Source of the DNA: Octopus bimaculoides
Taxonomy: Eukaryota
Length of the DNA: 59,520 nucleotides
Direction of reading: 5' to 3'
Assembly: GCF_001194135.2 (NCBI RefSeq)
Contig: NC_068985.1
Span: 34,364,733 to 34,424,252 of the forward strand
The notes under the pieces are model-generated. The model worked only from the letters and a program-made list of their open reading frames with translations. It was not told where the DNA came from and made no database searches. A program made the position numbers and the translations under genes. Of the stretch, positions 37,085 to 50,961 are shown in pieces (the stretch's first letter is position 1; each line of letters begins with the position of its first letter).

Positions 37085-40000
37085 TAATTTCAAATATACC
37101 CTCTTCAGCCAAGGAATCCCTAGCTCACCCTTTAGCGGTTTTTGGCAGCAGACAGAGCGCTTCAAAAGTGGCTTTCCTCTCTTCCACAAAAAGCAGAAAA
37201 GGATTGTCTCCAACTTGTTCGTCCACAAATGGTTAAGTCACAATGGTCAAGCGGTAGGTGATGACATGCTATGAACATCTGCGCCACCTCCGCCCTCCCT
37301 ATCAAAGATAACGCTCGCCCAGACCAAGTCTTGGTTAGGACAGTCACCTTGCTCGTGACCTCGCTCCAATTCTTCTCTATCTGGAAGTCTGGGCCGAACC
37401 AGATCCCTAGCAACTTAACCGGACTTTCCGTCCAACACCTCATGACGTTACTGGACGACATCGACTTGCCCCTCCAGGTGCTGAGTTGCAAGCTAACCGA
37501 CTTGTCCTGGTTAACTTTTGCTCCTTCCACCGCCTCATATCCTTTGATGGCGTTTTCCACACAAGCTGCCCTTCATCGGACACGATGATGGAGATGTCAT
37601 CCGCATACACAGTAGCTTCTCTTCCACACCACAGATCATGCAGCATGCTACCTAACGCCTCTAACTTCCGCAGCAATGGCTCAAGAGCCAAAACATACAA
37701 AAGTGGTGTCAGGGGACATCCCTGACGAACTGAACGCTCAATTTTGAACGGCTTTCAAAAAAAAAAAAAAACTCTTCACTCGGACGATAGACTCGATGTC
37801 ACTGTACAAAGCAGCAATCCAACCGCGGAAAGTCAGACCCAACCCGGTCTCCCTGAGGACCGCCGCCAGGTACCGATGGTCGACGCTATCAAATGCTTTA
37901 GACTGGTCTAAATGTACCAGCGCCATACCCCTGCCAGAAATTTTCCCAACCCTCTCTAAGGAGTAGCGTGTAAGGTGGAGATTGTCGGGAATTGACCTGC
38001 CCAGAATAGCGCAAGTTTGCGCCTCCCTGACAAGCCTCTCCATGATATGCGCCAACCTTTTTGCCAACACCTTGGCCAAAATCTTTAACTCTGTGTTTAA
38101 CAGAGTTATGAGCCGAAAATTACTTATAATATCCTCCTTGCTCGGGTCCTTTCTGATCAACGTCCCTACTCCCAGCTCGCAGATCTGGAAACTCTCCCAT
38201 TCTGCTGCCAGTTGGCGTAGACGTCGGCCAGTAGGTGCCCAAACAAGCCTAGTATACTTTTGTAAAACTCATAGGGTAGACCACCAAGTCCCGGTGACCT
38301 GTCCCCAGGGCACTCGGATAGTTCCTCAACCACCTCCGCAGCTGTGATTAGCCCCTCACAGCACTCAGCCTCTTGTGCCAAGAGACACGGGCCACCACCC
38401 AGGAAGTCCTGTAAGGCCTCACCATGGTCTAGCGCCCCGCTCCTCCTGAACAACTTGGCGAAGCGCTTGTAGAGTGCCTCACACATCTCATCCTGTCCTT
38501 TGACCAAACGTCCATTTTCGTCAATCAGAGACCTAATTGTGGTATCGTTGCCACGCATATCTACCATATGGACCCACTTGGCAACATTAATTCCCTCGCG
38601 GCCTAATGCATGTACTTTAGCCCGAACTCTGCATCCCACATGTTTGGCTTTGAGGTGACATTCCAAGGCCGTTCTCGCAGCCAAAATTTGGGATGCAGAG
38701 TCCAATCTCAACGCCTCTTCTAAAGCCTTAAATAAGTTCCCTTATCTAGTCTTATTCTAGTCTTATCTAAACTTAACTGACGGCTAAATCTAATAGACTC
38801 AAAACGTATGGTCTTTTGAGGGCAAACCACTACCGGTTATTCACCATGGTGCCGGTTAATACCCTTTTTACTAACTCCTTAATCCGGTCGCAGTATACCT
38901 CACAAGCCAAAATAGACTTGTTCAGCTTCCAGTAGCCGAATCCCTGTCTATAAGCACTATTTATGTTCAGCCTACACTTGACCGATTTATGGTCAGTGTA
39001 TGTAACTTGAACAAACTGTGGACAGCTAAAGCTAGACTTATCTCTACTCCTAATAACTATCTAAAGTAAGACTTGAACGACACCTATCGCCATTAATTCA
39101 GGTCCAGACTGGGATGCTTTGGCGTTCAAGTCTATAGTAATCTGCAAGCTGAAAACGCTTAAGCGGATCGATGAGGTGTGAGTTAACACTCCTACCAGTC
39201 AAGCCACAGCTATCCAGGTGTGCATCCAGGATAGCATTGTAGTCTCTTAACACAACTAATGTCTTGGACGTCACGAGAAAGTTCCCTAGGCGCCGAGAAA
39301 AATCAGTTTGCTCCCTTCTTGCACAAGGGGCATACGTTCCAATCAACCTGAAGGCCTTACTGCTGTATGTCACGTCAAGGACGACTAGCCCACCTTCAGA
39401 GTCCACAAAGACTACTTGTCTGCAGAGCCAAGCCTTTTCGGAGCAGAACTACTACACCCACTCGACCGCCAGTCTGGACCGAAGACATGATTTTCTCATA
39501 GCCATTCAGGAGTGCCAAGAAAGTCTGTAGCCTATCCAGCTTGGTCTCTGTAGCAACCATCACATGTATATCATGTGATCTGATGTCATCGAAGAAACAT
39601 GCTTGCTTCCACTTCGAGCTCAAACCACGCACATATAAACAACCAAGGTTAAGTGTTGACAGTTTAAGAAAAAGTAAAGGTTCTACTTATTTTTTCGTTG
39701 GCGATGTAGGGCCAGATCTCACGTCTTGTGAGGGTGTCCCTCTTTTTTCCTCTTTCCTTAGGTGTTTCGGAAGGTCTTTTAATCTTGAAATGGCTTTTGG
39801 ATGCCTCTCCTTCAGTTGTTTGAATAACGTTCTCCAATCCAGGCACATTGTCTTAGACAGTCCTTGTGCTCTGGGTATATCACAGTGGTGTGGTGCGGCA
39901 GTATTATTTCGCTGGTGTACTAGGTCGAACTCGACTAAAATCCTTCTTTCCCCTGGTTTTTCTGGGACAGTTGGGCGGGTTTTTATTTTTAATGTCTGTG

Positions 40001-40660
40001 TGGCTAGGTTTTCTGATTTTGTGGGGGATGTGGATGAGGAGTTGCTGTTTAAGGGAGTTGCACTTTAGCTATTAAGTGCCATAGACATTGAAGGGGTGGG
40101 TATCTTTGTTGTTGTCGGGACTGGTGCATGCATGGGTTGGGGCTTTTGGAGCACTTGTTTGGGGACTTGTGTGGGCACCGCAATTGGGGGAGTGGGTATC
40201 TTTGTTAGTGTAGGGGCTGGTGCGTGTGGGTTTGGGGGCAGTTTTTGGGGGTTTGTGAGGGGCCGGGTGCAGGTGTAATCACAGATGTTTGGGCCTTTGA
40301 ATATCCTTTCTCTTGTATCGTAGATTGTCCTTCCTTTATTGCAGAGTCACATTCTGCCCCTATGTGCCCATTTCGGCCACATTTGAAGCCCCCAGGTTTT
40401 CCCCTTCAGCCTGTAGTTTTAGAATCACGTCCTCACCCACGAGCACTCTATCGGGAATTCCTTCTAAAACTTCATGTGCTGCTTGGATGATAGCCGCGAT
40501 GCTCTGCCCAAGCCAGTGTTGGTGGGAGGAAGAGTGTGTCACTTGTAAGATGTATGTTTTGTCCTCTCTGTTGAATAACAGTGTGGCCATCACCAATACG
40601 GCATCAATTTCCGGTGGTACTTCTGCCACCTTAACACGGGATGTGCGCCGCCCTCTGCTG
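37085..40660 (-). mobile_element. Tx1/L1-clade LINE: ORF1 with zinc knuckle, then APE and RT; truncated at both ends, frameshifted
   Basis: FKCGRNGHIGAEC, NVRGL..ATETKL, FRLIGTYAP, NFRLITLLNTELKILAKVLAKRL, DQSKAFDSVDH, LYVLALEPLL, YADD. Confidence 0.92.
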
Positions 40661-41597
40661 TCCTAAACCTGGCTTCTACAGTGCCAATTTTTCCCCTCTT
40701 GTGACATATATGATATCGTTCCAAATTGGAGCAAGACATTTGTCTATTTTGTCCTGCTCCATGTGTATTATTTTATTCTCCTTTAACAATAATTCACGAA
40801 AATCAACAGAATTTCAACAAGAAAAAAATGATAACTTACGGTGCCCCTTGTTCTCGTCCTTAGATATACAAAGATTTGATAAAACTAGTCTATAAATTAA
40901 AACTGACCCCATAAAAGTGACAAGCACAATCTGTAACAAATCTTTCTTCCTGATACCTTAGTAGCTTCTAAGCTGAAGTGAAGGCAGCATATTCTTTGTC
41001 TATTTCCCTACCTTCTTGGAGATTTTAGGTAACTTTAGGCCTCACCGAGGCAATGACTAGTGACCGGGACCTTTGGAAATATGCAGTACGTGAGAAGACC
41101 CAGCAAGCCAAGTGAGAGCATAATCTGTGACCTCTGCCAGAAGTGTAGCCAGCTCACTTATTCGTGTCTTTACTTCGTGTGACTGGCCCTCATGCCGGTG
41201 GCACGTAAAAGCACCCACTACACTCTTGGAGTGGTTGGCATTAGGAAGGACATCCAGCTGTAGAAACTCTGCCAGATCAGATTGGAGCCTGGCTTGCCAG
41301 TCCTCAGTCAAATCGTCCAACCCATGCCAGCATGGAAAGCGGACGTTAAACAATGATGATGATGATAATATACTAATGTGTTCATCTGTTTTAATTTAAT
41401 TAAATTCTACGTCTTTATGCAACTGAGGATTGCTCTGCATTTAAATTGATGTAATGGTTGCATTGTTCAATTAAATGAAGTTACGTGAAACGATCGTACT
41501 GCATTACCTCTGGATATCCTTGTTGCTTATTTTGAAATTGTATGGATAATACCGTACTAAATTCTGGTGCCTCAACTTAAGTACCATATTCATCTGA

Positions 41598-41635
<38 letters not shown>

Positions 41636-41993
41636 ATATATTTATTTATTTATTTATTTATTTATTTATATGTTTCAGCCAAGTGGCTGCGGTCATGCTG
41701 GTGCACCACCTTTAGTCGAGCAAATCGACCCCAGGACTTATTCTTTAGAAGCCTAGTACTTATTCTATCGGTCTCTTTCGCCGAACCGCTAAGTTACGGG
41801 GACATNNNNNNNNNNNNNNNNNNNNNNNNNNNNNNNNNNNNNNNNNNNNNNNNNNNNNNNNNNNNNCTCACAAGGCTTCGGTCGGCCCGAGGCTATAGTA
41901 GAAGACACTTGCCCAAGATGCCACGCAGTGGGACTGAACCCGGGACCATGTGGTTGGTAAGCAAGCTACTTACCACACAGCCACTCCTACGCC

Positions 41994-42027
<34 letters not shown>

Positions 42028-44269
42028 TATATATACATACATACATATATATGCTCCCTGACCTCATGGCTCCTCAAATGGTTACCCTCACTGATTTTTT
42101 TTCTGTGTACTTGTTGAAAACTACGATGAGAGAAGTTTGTTTTGATTTCATTTTTCACATCATTTAATTCATCTTACTATTTTGTGTACTTCTATACTTA
42201 ACACTTACACTTTCAAATCTTAAATTTAATGTAATTCACAGTCTCTATTTACATTTTTTCTTCCTTGATTTTGCTGTTCTCTCTTCATTTCTGTCCTGAT
42301 CTGGAAAGGAGCATTCTTTCTGTCCTTCCTTATTCGTGATGAGACTCCCACCTCCCCATGTATTGGTTTATTTAGGGTACAAATTAATTTACTTTCTCAG
42401 TTACTAATAATTTTATGTTGGAGTAATTGCTATATATGTTTGTTATCTTGGTTTGGTAACCCTATTAACTCCTAACCACTCAGCTACTACACTCTTACAA
42501 AACATTAGCAATAGGAAGAATATCAAACTTTGAAAATGGTTGCTCCAATAATTCTTCCAAATTGGCTCCTCTAAAAACAAGTAAACTTGAAGGAACATTA
42601 GAAAGAAAATTTAAAGAAAAACATACACACACACACACAAAAAAAACAACAAATTTTTACATGATAAATCTCCATTAATTTTTAAGCTTTATTTATAATA
42701 TAAACAGTCAAGTACATTTGGATCTAAATGTGTCTAATGCCTTGTAATAACAGGATGAAGTAGGATAGGCAAACTGAGTGATAATCTCTCATTGCCAGCT
42801 GCTTTCCAAAGCACAAAACCCAGGATACAGATCCTGAAGTAAAGCATCATTTTACAAATGAGAGAAGCTTTTACATTTAAATGGAAAGAAGTATTCAAAC
42901 AAAACCATTATTTAACACTCATATATATACACTGTTTAAAATTTTGTACTTATTTTTTAAATAAGCACAGATGTTCAAAAAGAAAAATGTTTCAAAAATA
43001 AGAATGGTATGTAAGGTGCAGGCATGGCTGTGTGGTGAGAAGCTTACTTCTCAACCACATGGTTCAGTCCCACTGCATGGCATGTTGAGCAAGTGTCTTC
43101 TACTATGGCCCCAGGCAAAGCCTTCTGAGTGGATTTGGTTGATGGAAACTGAAAGAAGCCCATTGTACATATATGTATATACCTATGCATATGTATCTTT
43201 GTGTTGGTGTGTCTGTCCCTACCACCACTTGACAGCCAATGTTGGTTTGTTTATGTCTCCTTAACTTAGTGGTTCAGCAAAAGAGACTGATAGAATAAGT
43301 ACCAGGCTTTAAAAAATATAAACACAAAGACAGAAATAATAACATTTACAAAGAATAGATAAGAATATAAGGTGCTCAACCAGAAAATAGTCTGCCTTCT
43401 GGTTATAGTGTGACATACATAGGTTTTAAGCAATGTATTAGGTATTGCATTCATGTATGTATGCATGTGTGCATGCATATAGATGGATGGATGAATGCAT
43501 GTATTTATGCATGCACCTGTTCACAAGTGTACGTATAAGCATGTACATATATGTAAATGCATTCATTACCTGCTAAAAGATTTGAATGGTTTACATATTT
43601 TGATAGTGTCTTTGATGACTTGTAGTTGTAATCTCTTGATGATTTTGTGAAACTCAGTCCTTTAAGATTAGTGCAAGGGAATTGCTATGAAGGAAATTGT
43701 ATGTAGAAATATAAAACCATAATCTAGATGGACAAACTGGAGATTTCTCAACATAGACATGTTCTTTTTCACACTTTTAATATGAATGTTAACAACTTCT
43801 GTGTAACTGATTTCAACGAACTGTGCCAAATTTCTTTTCTTGATCTCCCCTGTACCAACACCTTATAAAAAGCACTCATGCCAACACCATGTAAAATGCA
43901 CCTCTGGCCCAGTCATGTAAAAGCACCCATGTCAGTACCTTATGAAAATCACCAAGTACATGTGGTTGGCATTAGGAAGGACATCCAGCTATAGAAATCT
44001 TGCCAAAACAGACAGCTGGTCCCTGGTGTAGCCTTTTGGCTTGCCAGCTCTTGTCAAACTATCCAACTCATGCTAGCACGGAGAATGGAAGTTAAATAAT
44101 AATGATGTTTCAGATCATTACGTCTGTTAGGCCCACATTTTGTTAGTCTCTATAACAACATTCATTCATAGTATGTTTAAGCTATGTATGTAGGTATTGT
44201 ATGCATGTTTCCCTCATCTCAGTAGCTTCTTATATTTGTATCCTTTCTCTGGATATGTTTTAATTTTGT

Positions 44270-47200
44270 ACAATAATAATAATATTACATTTCCTAGAGA
44301 GGTAATATCTTCATTACATTTCTCAGACAATTAATTACGATGTGAATGATATCCTCTGTTAATTCCAGAGAGTCTGCATCACTTGCTGTATCTGGTTGGT
44401 TTACTTGTATCTATATCCCTTTTGTGCATCAGATAGTTGTTATTTCTTGTTCTAGTATTGCAAAAACATATCCTTTAAAGTAAGGGTTAATATCTTGTTG
44501 TTAGTCTAGCATAGACTACCCTAGATGTCAGTGTCGCTGTCACTTGGAAAATTTCTTGACATATAGCCATGTATGGCCTTTTGTGATATGTATACAACTT
44601 CTCTTCTGATGTTGAAGCAGAGTTGTGCAACTTCTCTGGTTGTATATCCTTGATCATAAGTCAGGAAATGATTTCTGAAGAGCTACTTTTAAACCCTTAT
44701 GATTGTTACAAAGTGTTTATATCCTCATCGCCATTGTTACAGTGTGTTTATTATGCATAATATCCTCTGTCTACTTTGTTATGTTGTTATAGGTGCCATT
44801 ATGTTCTTATTACCACTATTATGTTGTGACAGTTTCTACATCTATCTTTGACTCATCTATCATGCTCTAGCTGATAGCTCCACAAAACAATGATTTGCAA
44901 CTTCTACCTTGACAGTGACTTGAACTCGTATATATCATGTAACTGACACTGGCTCCAACTGAGAACTTGTACAACGACTCTGCTACTACTGACCTCCTAC
45001 AAAGGCTGATGCCTGACTTTATAGTGGCTCATTCATACCACTTGTCATGTGGGAAGTGGTGTACCATTTTCACTACATCTCCCCTTTTAGTTTATTTTTT
45101 TGGGGAAAACAAGTAATTTTATTTCACTTTATTCACCCCTCCCCCTTTTTAGTGTTTTTTTTCAACTTAATATTTTTTCTTTTCCTTGTTTATTTGCAGG
45201 AACTCTCTGTTTTTAACTTTTCTTCCACTGTTTTATTAATGAACTTACCTTTTGACGTGTGTTGCTTTATCTCCTCCAGAGTTATTGGTAACTCTCGTAC
45301 AATGTTCCACATTTTGTGTTTGATTTCCCCTTCAGCTCTTAGGGCCGCTATTACTGTGTCCTCAAATGGTTCGCCATTTCTGAGTATTAACCTAGACAGG
45401 TTGTCAGCATGTCCTAACTTTTTGAAAGGTAAACATTCCATTGCATAGTTGTAGCTTGGTAATATGGTACGCCATTACAGCAACCTGTTTGCTGTATATA
45501 CTGGCATTCCTTTCTTGGATCCATAAATTGTTAGCAACGGGCGATGGTCTGTTTGTAGTCTAAACTGTCTACCATGTATAAACCTGTAGAACTTTTTTTT
45601 GCTAGTTATAATCGCCAATGCCTCTTTTCAATTTGGTTATAATTTTTTCCACTGGCAATAGTGTCCTTGACACATGAGCTATGGCCTTTTGGCTGCCATC
45701 TTCACATTTGTGTAGGAGTATGGCACCTACCACATACTTACTAGCATCTGTTGCCAGTATCGTTTCCAACTCTGGATCAAAGTGTGTAAGTGACAAATCT
45801 GAAGTTAAAATGCATTTAACTCCTCAAATGCCTTCTGGCATTTTTCTAACCAAAACCATTTGGCCTCACACACTCTTAGTGTATTATTTTTTTCTTTACA
45901 TAAACCATTGGAGCTGCCCAGTTTGAATGGTCAACTTTTTCAATTATATCCAGACTTTCTAGTCTTTCCAGCTTTTATGTATGTGGTCTAAAACTGCAAA
46001 TTGCACATTCTGTTTGGGCCTAAAAATGGGTGCTGCCTTTTCTTTTACTGCAACTCTCACTTTTGTTTTAGTGCAACAACCTAATCTTTCCCAAAAACAT
46101 TTGGAAAAAATTAAAAAAATTTTTGTCTCAGTTGTTCAACTTCATGCGAATTTTTGACTGTGCCAAATACTTTTCACAGAGCCCACTAATGGGGGTAGCC
46201 CACATTTTTAATAACTCCATACATTCTGTACCAATAGGTTTAGTGTTTTTTTTCAACACATGACTGATAGTCCTTTTCATTTCACCTTGAAAAATTACAT
46301 TGCAAATACATTCACCCATGAAATATAATTTCTTTCCAGTTACACCATATGCTACTTTATTTGATTTAAGTAATTTCAGCTCACCAATTTGCCTCCATAT
46401 TTCTTCATTTATGATAATGATGTCACTCCCCGTGCCTAATTGCAGTTTGACAATTCTCACTTTGATGAATTTTCTGTTTGTTGTAAGGACTTTTTTCTCT
46501 GATGACAAACTATTTATCTTTTCTCGTTTTTCCCAATTTTGTGTCATCTTTGTTCTGCAATACAATTTAATGCATCCTGTATTCCTGCAATGAAAATACT
46601 TCGCATTTTTGAATGAGCACTCTTTTCTCAGGTGCCTACCACCATATGCCATACATGGATTTATCTTTTGATATATATTGTGTTTTTTGTGAAACACTTG
46701 ATCCGTCTTCCAACTCTTTTGTACTGGTTTTATCTGTAAACATTCTTTGTGCTGGATTTCTTCTGTGTTGTGTCTTACTTTTAATAACATATTGCAATCT
46801 TCTGAGAGTTTCTGGAGAGTTATATCCAGGTTCATTACCAGCTTTGAAAGGATTTTCATCTGACTTCTGCATCGTTTTTGGCAGAAAGTCCTTGAACAAA
46901 AATCAGGTACGTGAATGAATCTGGAGTTAGCTTATCCAGTTTAAGTCTCTCACACTTTCAGTTCACTCTACCTGCATATGTGGTAAATCTTTGTCATCGC
47001 TTTTCTCAGTGTGTTGAACAATGATGATTTTTTCACTAAACATCCTACATAAAAGGTTAATTGTGTCCATGAAATTTATGTCAGAAACTTTTTTAGGCAA
47101 TATAAAGTTACAGTATTTTTCATGCTCTGTAGTCAGCAGTTTTCTTAGAATTAGATGCGGTTTCATTTCATCAATCTAATCCTGGCATTCTTTTTTGGAA

Positions 47201-50200
47201 ATTTGTTCAAATCTTTGGTAATATGCCTTGAAGGTGACCTCTTCTTCTGGGTCATATTTAAATTCATTTACTGAATTTGCCACATGGTCTGGTGAAAACG
47301 TATTTTCAGGTTTTCTTAACAGCTTCTTTAGTTGTAGCATTTGTAGTTGTTCTTTGAGTTGTTGCTATTTTTGCAACTCAACTAAACCCACTAATGAGTT
47401 TTTCATGGTTTTATGGATTTTTCGTAAAATGTGTACAACAAAACATTTGTTACTCTTCTGTTGAGTTGTTAATTTCTTCACATGTATTTTTTAAAAAAAT
47501 TCCTCTGCATGAAAAATTTTTTTCAACATTGTCCACATGAACTGTTACAAAGTGTTTATATTCTCATCGCCACTGTTACAAAGTGCTTATAATGTCTGGT
47601 ATCCTCTATCTACTTTGTTATATAGTCAGGTATCAGCCTTTGTAGGATGTCAGTAGTAGTAGTAGAGTCATTGTATGAGTTTGCAGTTGGAGTCAGTGTC
47701 AGTTAGGTGATAATATATGAGTTCAAGTCACCATCAAGGTAGACATTGGAAGTCATTGTAGAGCTATCAGCTATAGCACGATAGACAAGTCAAAAATAGA
47801 TGATGTGGAACCTGTCACAACATGGTAGTGGTGATAAGAACATAATAGTGCCTATAACAAAGTAGATAGAGGAAATCAGACATGTGGGAAGGGGGTACCA
47901 TTTTCACTACAACAATGTTATCTGCCTCATATATGCAGCCATGACCCATAGCTAAATTTCAACATTTGGTGGTCAGTAGAAGCTGATGAAGGAGTATGGT
48001 GTGAAATTCAAAGGTCATTTAAACTGATGCTAAGCCTCTGCTGCCTTGTTTTTATTGTAAGTAAATGCAATCTACATTAGTTTTTATATAGATTAGCAAT
48101 TCTTGTACAAATGATTTTTTGGTTTTAACGCCAATAATCCAGATCTTATTTAAGTAATTCAAATGTTGGTATGAGTATTGGTACAGTTAACATATTTTGA
48201 GTGATGATTTATTGTACAAATAAAATGCTGAGGATAATATTTTCTTTACACTGGATTAATATTTCCAGATTACACATTTCTTGTTAGAAGGTCTATCACA
48301 GAGAATATTTTCATCCATCCTTAAGTGCCTGTAACATTCTTCATCTGACACAAGTAAAATAGACAGGTCATTGGTAGAAATGTTGCTAGATGAGCTTCTA
48401 TTGCAATCATGTAAAAACATTTATCCTTGCCAAACTCTACCGCCATATCTTTTGCAAGAATGTCATAACCAGACTCAGGCATTTCTTCATACCATTAATA
48501 TTCTTGGCATATTCTATCAGATCATACAAAAAAAAAAAAGCAAATTATGAGATTGGTGTTTCTATTTTCCTGTGAGCCAATTGCATAACCATCAAATTTC
48601 CTTAAGAAAAATGACAAGTTGATTATTGACAACATAAACAATATCATAGATAGACTGTAATCTTGAAATATACAAAATCAAAATCGCTGACACAGCTGAT
48701 GACAGTACCGCCTGATTGGCACTCATGCCAGTGGAACATTAAAAGCATATCTGAGCATGGGGTGTAGCCAGCCCACTTATGAGTACCGCTCATTCATTGG
48801 ACAATAAGCTTTGCTTGCGAAGACCTATTGAAGCAAGTGAAATCAAAATCAAAATCACTGACATGGCCGATGACAGTACTGCCTGATTGGCACTTGTGCC
48901 AGTGGAATGTTAAAAGCATATCCAAACATTGCCAGTGCTGCCAGACTGGCTCCCATGCAGGTAGCACATAAAAAACATCTTTTGAGCGTGGTCGTTGCCA
49001 GAACTGCCTGATTGGCCCTCGTGCCGGTGGCACATAAAAGCCTCCACTACACTCTCGGAGTGGTTGGCATTAGGAAGGGTATCCAGCTATAGAAACTTTG
49101 CCAGATCAGATTGATCCTGGTGCAGCCTTCTGGCTCACCAGTCCTGAGTCAAACCGTCCAACCCATGCCAGCATGGAAAGTGGACGTTAGATGACGACGA
49201 CGATGATGATGATGATGATGATGATGATATCTCAGTGACAAGAAGGCTACTTCTTGTATTTAACTTCAGAATTTTGATCCAGAACAAAGTTAGATTCTTT
49301 ATAGCCTTCTGAATGTATCTGGAATATTAGCAAGTTGAAGAGATTCTAGCATCCATGAGTGGAGAACAGAACTGAATGCTTCCGGTAATCTAGCCAGACT
49401 ATAACAAGGTTCCTCCAATGCTATCATGCATTTGACATCATGATTTTGTTAACCAAAAGCTGTTCAATACACCCTGAAATTCATTTCTTCTCAGCTGCTG
49501 GTTCAGCTGTGATGATATTATAACTAACAGAATGTCTTGGAAGAATAAGTTCAAACTGGCTATAAAGATTTTATACACAGAATTCTAGTATGTAATTAGC
49601 TAGTAGTTTTTATCATGTGCATAATATTGTTTTGGAATACCAGTTTTGTTTCTGCCAGTACCAACCAGGTTGGTTTGTTTATATCTCCACTGAGAGCTTA
49701 CAAGTAAATGTCAATAAAATTCTGATAAAAGTTCAGTTTTTTTGTATCAGTCTCTGGTAATCAGGTCTTTTCCTGATAATTTCCTATCCTGAAGTTTTGG
49801 AATAACATCATCAAAAGTTTTATTTTTGATGCTGTATGCCTTAGGAACAATATTTGCCTCACTTTACACTCTGATTAAGCTCCTTTACCTGACACCAGGT
49901 TTTTTCCAGAATGACTCATTTTCACAAGAAAGTAGCTCTGTGGCATTCGTTGTCCTCTCAAACTGCTAACTGGTTTCAATCAAATTTCTCATTAGTTATT
50001 TTTTTTCAACTGCTTTTTACTAATGCCAGAATTTTTCACTGATAGTTCTTAACTCCTGTTTGAGAGTGATTAATTTGTATACAAATGTTCTCTCTTTTTA
50101 TTATCTCCAAGCATTGCTTCTATTTTATTTTTCATTCTTTGCGCAATGTAAGTGTGGTTATTTGATTGCCTGTGATACACAATGCTCTGTAACTGATAGT

Positions 50201-50350
50201 TCTCTGTAAATCAACCACCCTTTTTCAGTCTTCCTAAATGCGCAATGGTGTTTTTTCACTTGTTTTGCCTTTCTTTAACTTTTTAGTATATAAAAGGTGC
50301 TGTATTACAGTTGTTGAGAAGGCATATAAACAAATAATAATTTTCCAAAA
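44270..50350 (-). mobile_element. Old R4/Dong-like LINE (44270-44703 and 47912-50350) split by a Gypsy insertion and by repeats at 48680-49230
   Basis: ISGCIEQLLVNK..RNLVIVWLDYRK, KDMAVEFGKDKC, EADNI|IRV across the Gypsy junction, FKGYVFAILEQEIT. Confidence 0.75.
44704..47911 (-). mobile_element. Degenerate Gypsy (Mag-like) LTR retrotransposon; LTRs 44704-45077 and 47543-47911; RT and integrase mostly deleted
   Basis: TG..CA LTR ends, PPT aaaaggggaga at 45078-88, gag LRKLLTTEHEKYCNFILPK, protease LGTGSDI, RNase H LATDASKY..TDHRPLL..HADNLSRL; flanks atgat/acaat. Confidence 0.9.
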
Positions 50351-50412
50351 TAAGAGATCTTTACACCTTATGGATATTCTCCCCAAATTTCTTTAAGCAC
50401 TATTAGAATTAA

Positions 50413-50691
50413 AGTAAAGATTATTTACTAACATAATATGGCATCCTGGTTTAGGATGAATGTTACTGTAATTTAGCCCTAGGAGACATTGTCTCCAGCT
50501 GGCTATATGATATGATCTGTGTCCTTATATTTTCAAACTAGAGCATTTAGTACCCCCACTCAGTTCAAAACAATATAAGGACACAGATCATGTTGAATAG
50601 CCAGCTGGAGACAATGTCTCCTGGGGCTAAATTACAGCAACATTTGTCCTAAACCAGGACTGCCATATTATGTTGGCAAATAATCTTTACT
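50413..50691. repeat. Long hairpin (arms 50413-50531 and 50572-50691) of a pLTR/foldback family
   Basis: ggagacattgtctccagctggctat vs atagccagctggagacaatgtctcc, among other matches. Confidence 0.9.
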
Positions 50692-50833
50692 CTAGAGTAC
50701 TGTTGCAGAATATCTCTTGTTGAGAGATTTAAATAGTAATTTTCTATTTTATAGATCAATGATTAGTTGTCACTTTGGAAACTATATATTTCAAACAGGA
50801 ATTTGGCAATGCTACCTCTAGCCAAACAATTAT

Positions 50834-50878
50834 TCTGTGCTGATGAAGGGAAATGACTCAGAAATCATGATACACAGA
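50834..50878 (+). ncRNA. Minimal type I hammerhead ribozyme (predicted)
   Basis: Stem I UCUGUG/CACAGA, CUGAUGA 50840-46, short stem II, GAAA 50861-64, palindromic stem III AUCAUGAU, triplet AUA 50870-72. Confidence 0.7.
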
Positions 50879-50961
50879 TATTGTTTTAAGCTGAGTTGGG
50901 GTGCTAAATGTCCTTGTCCGAAAATATAAGGACACAATTTGTGTCATATAGCCAGCTGGAG

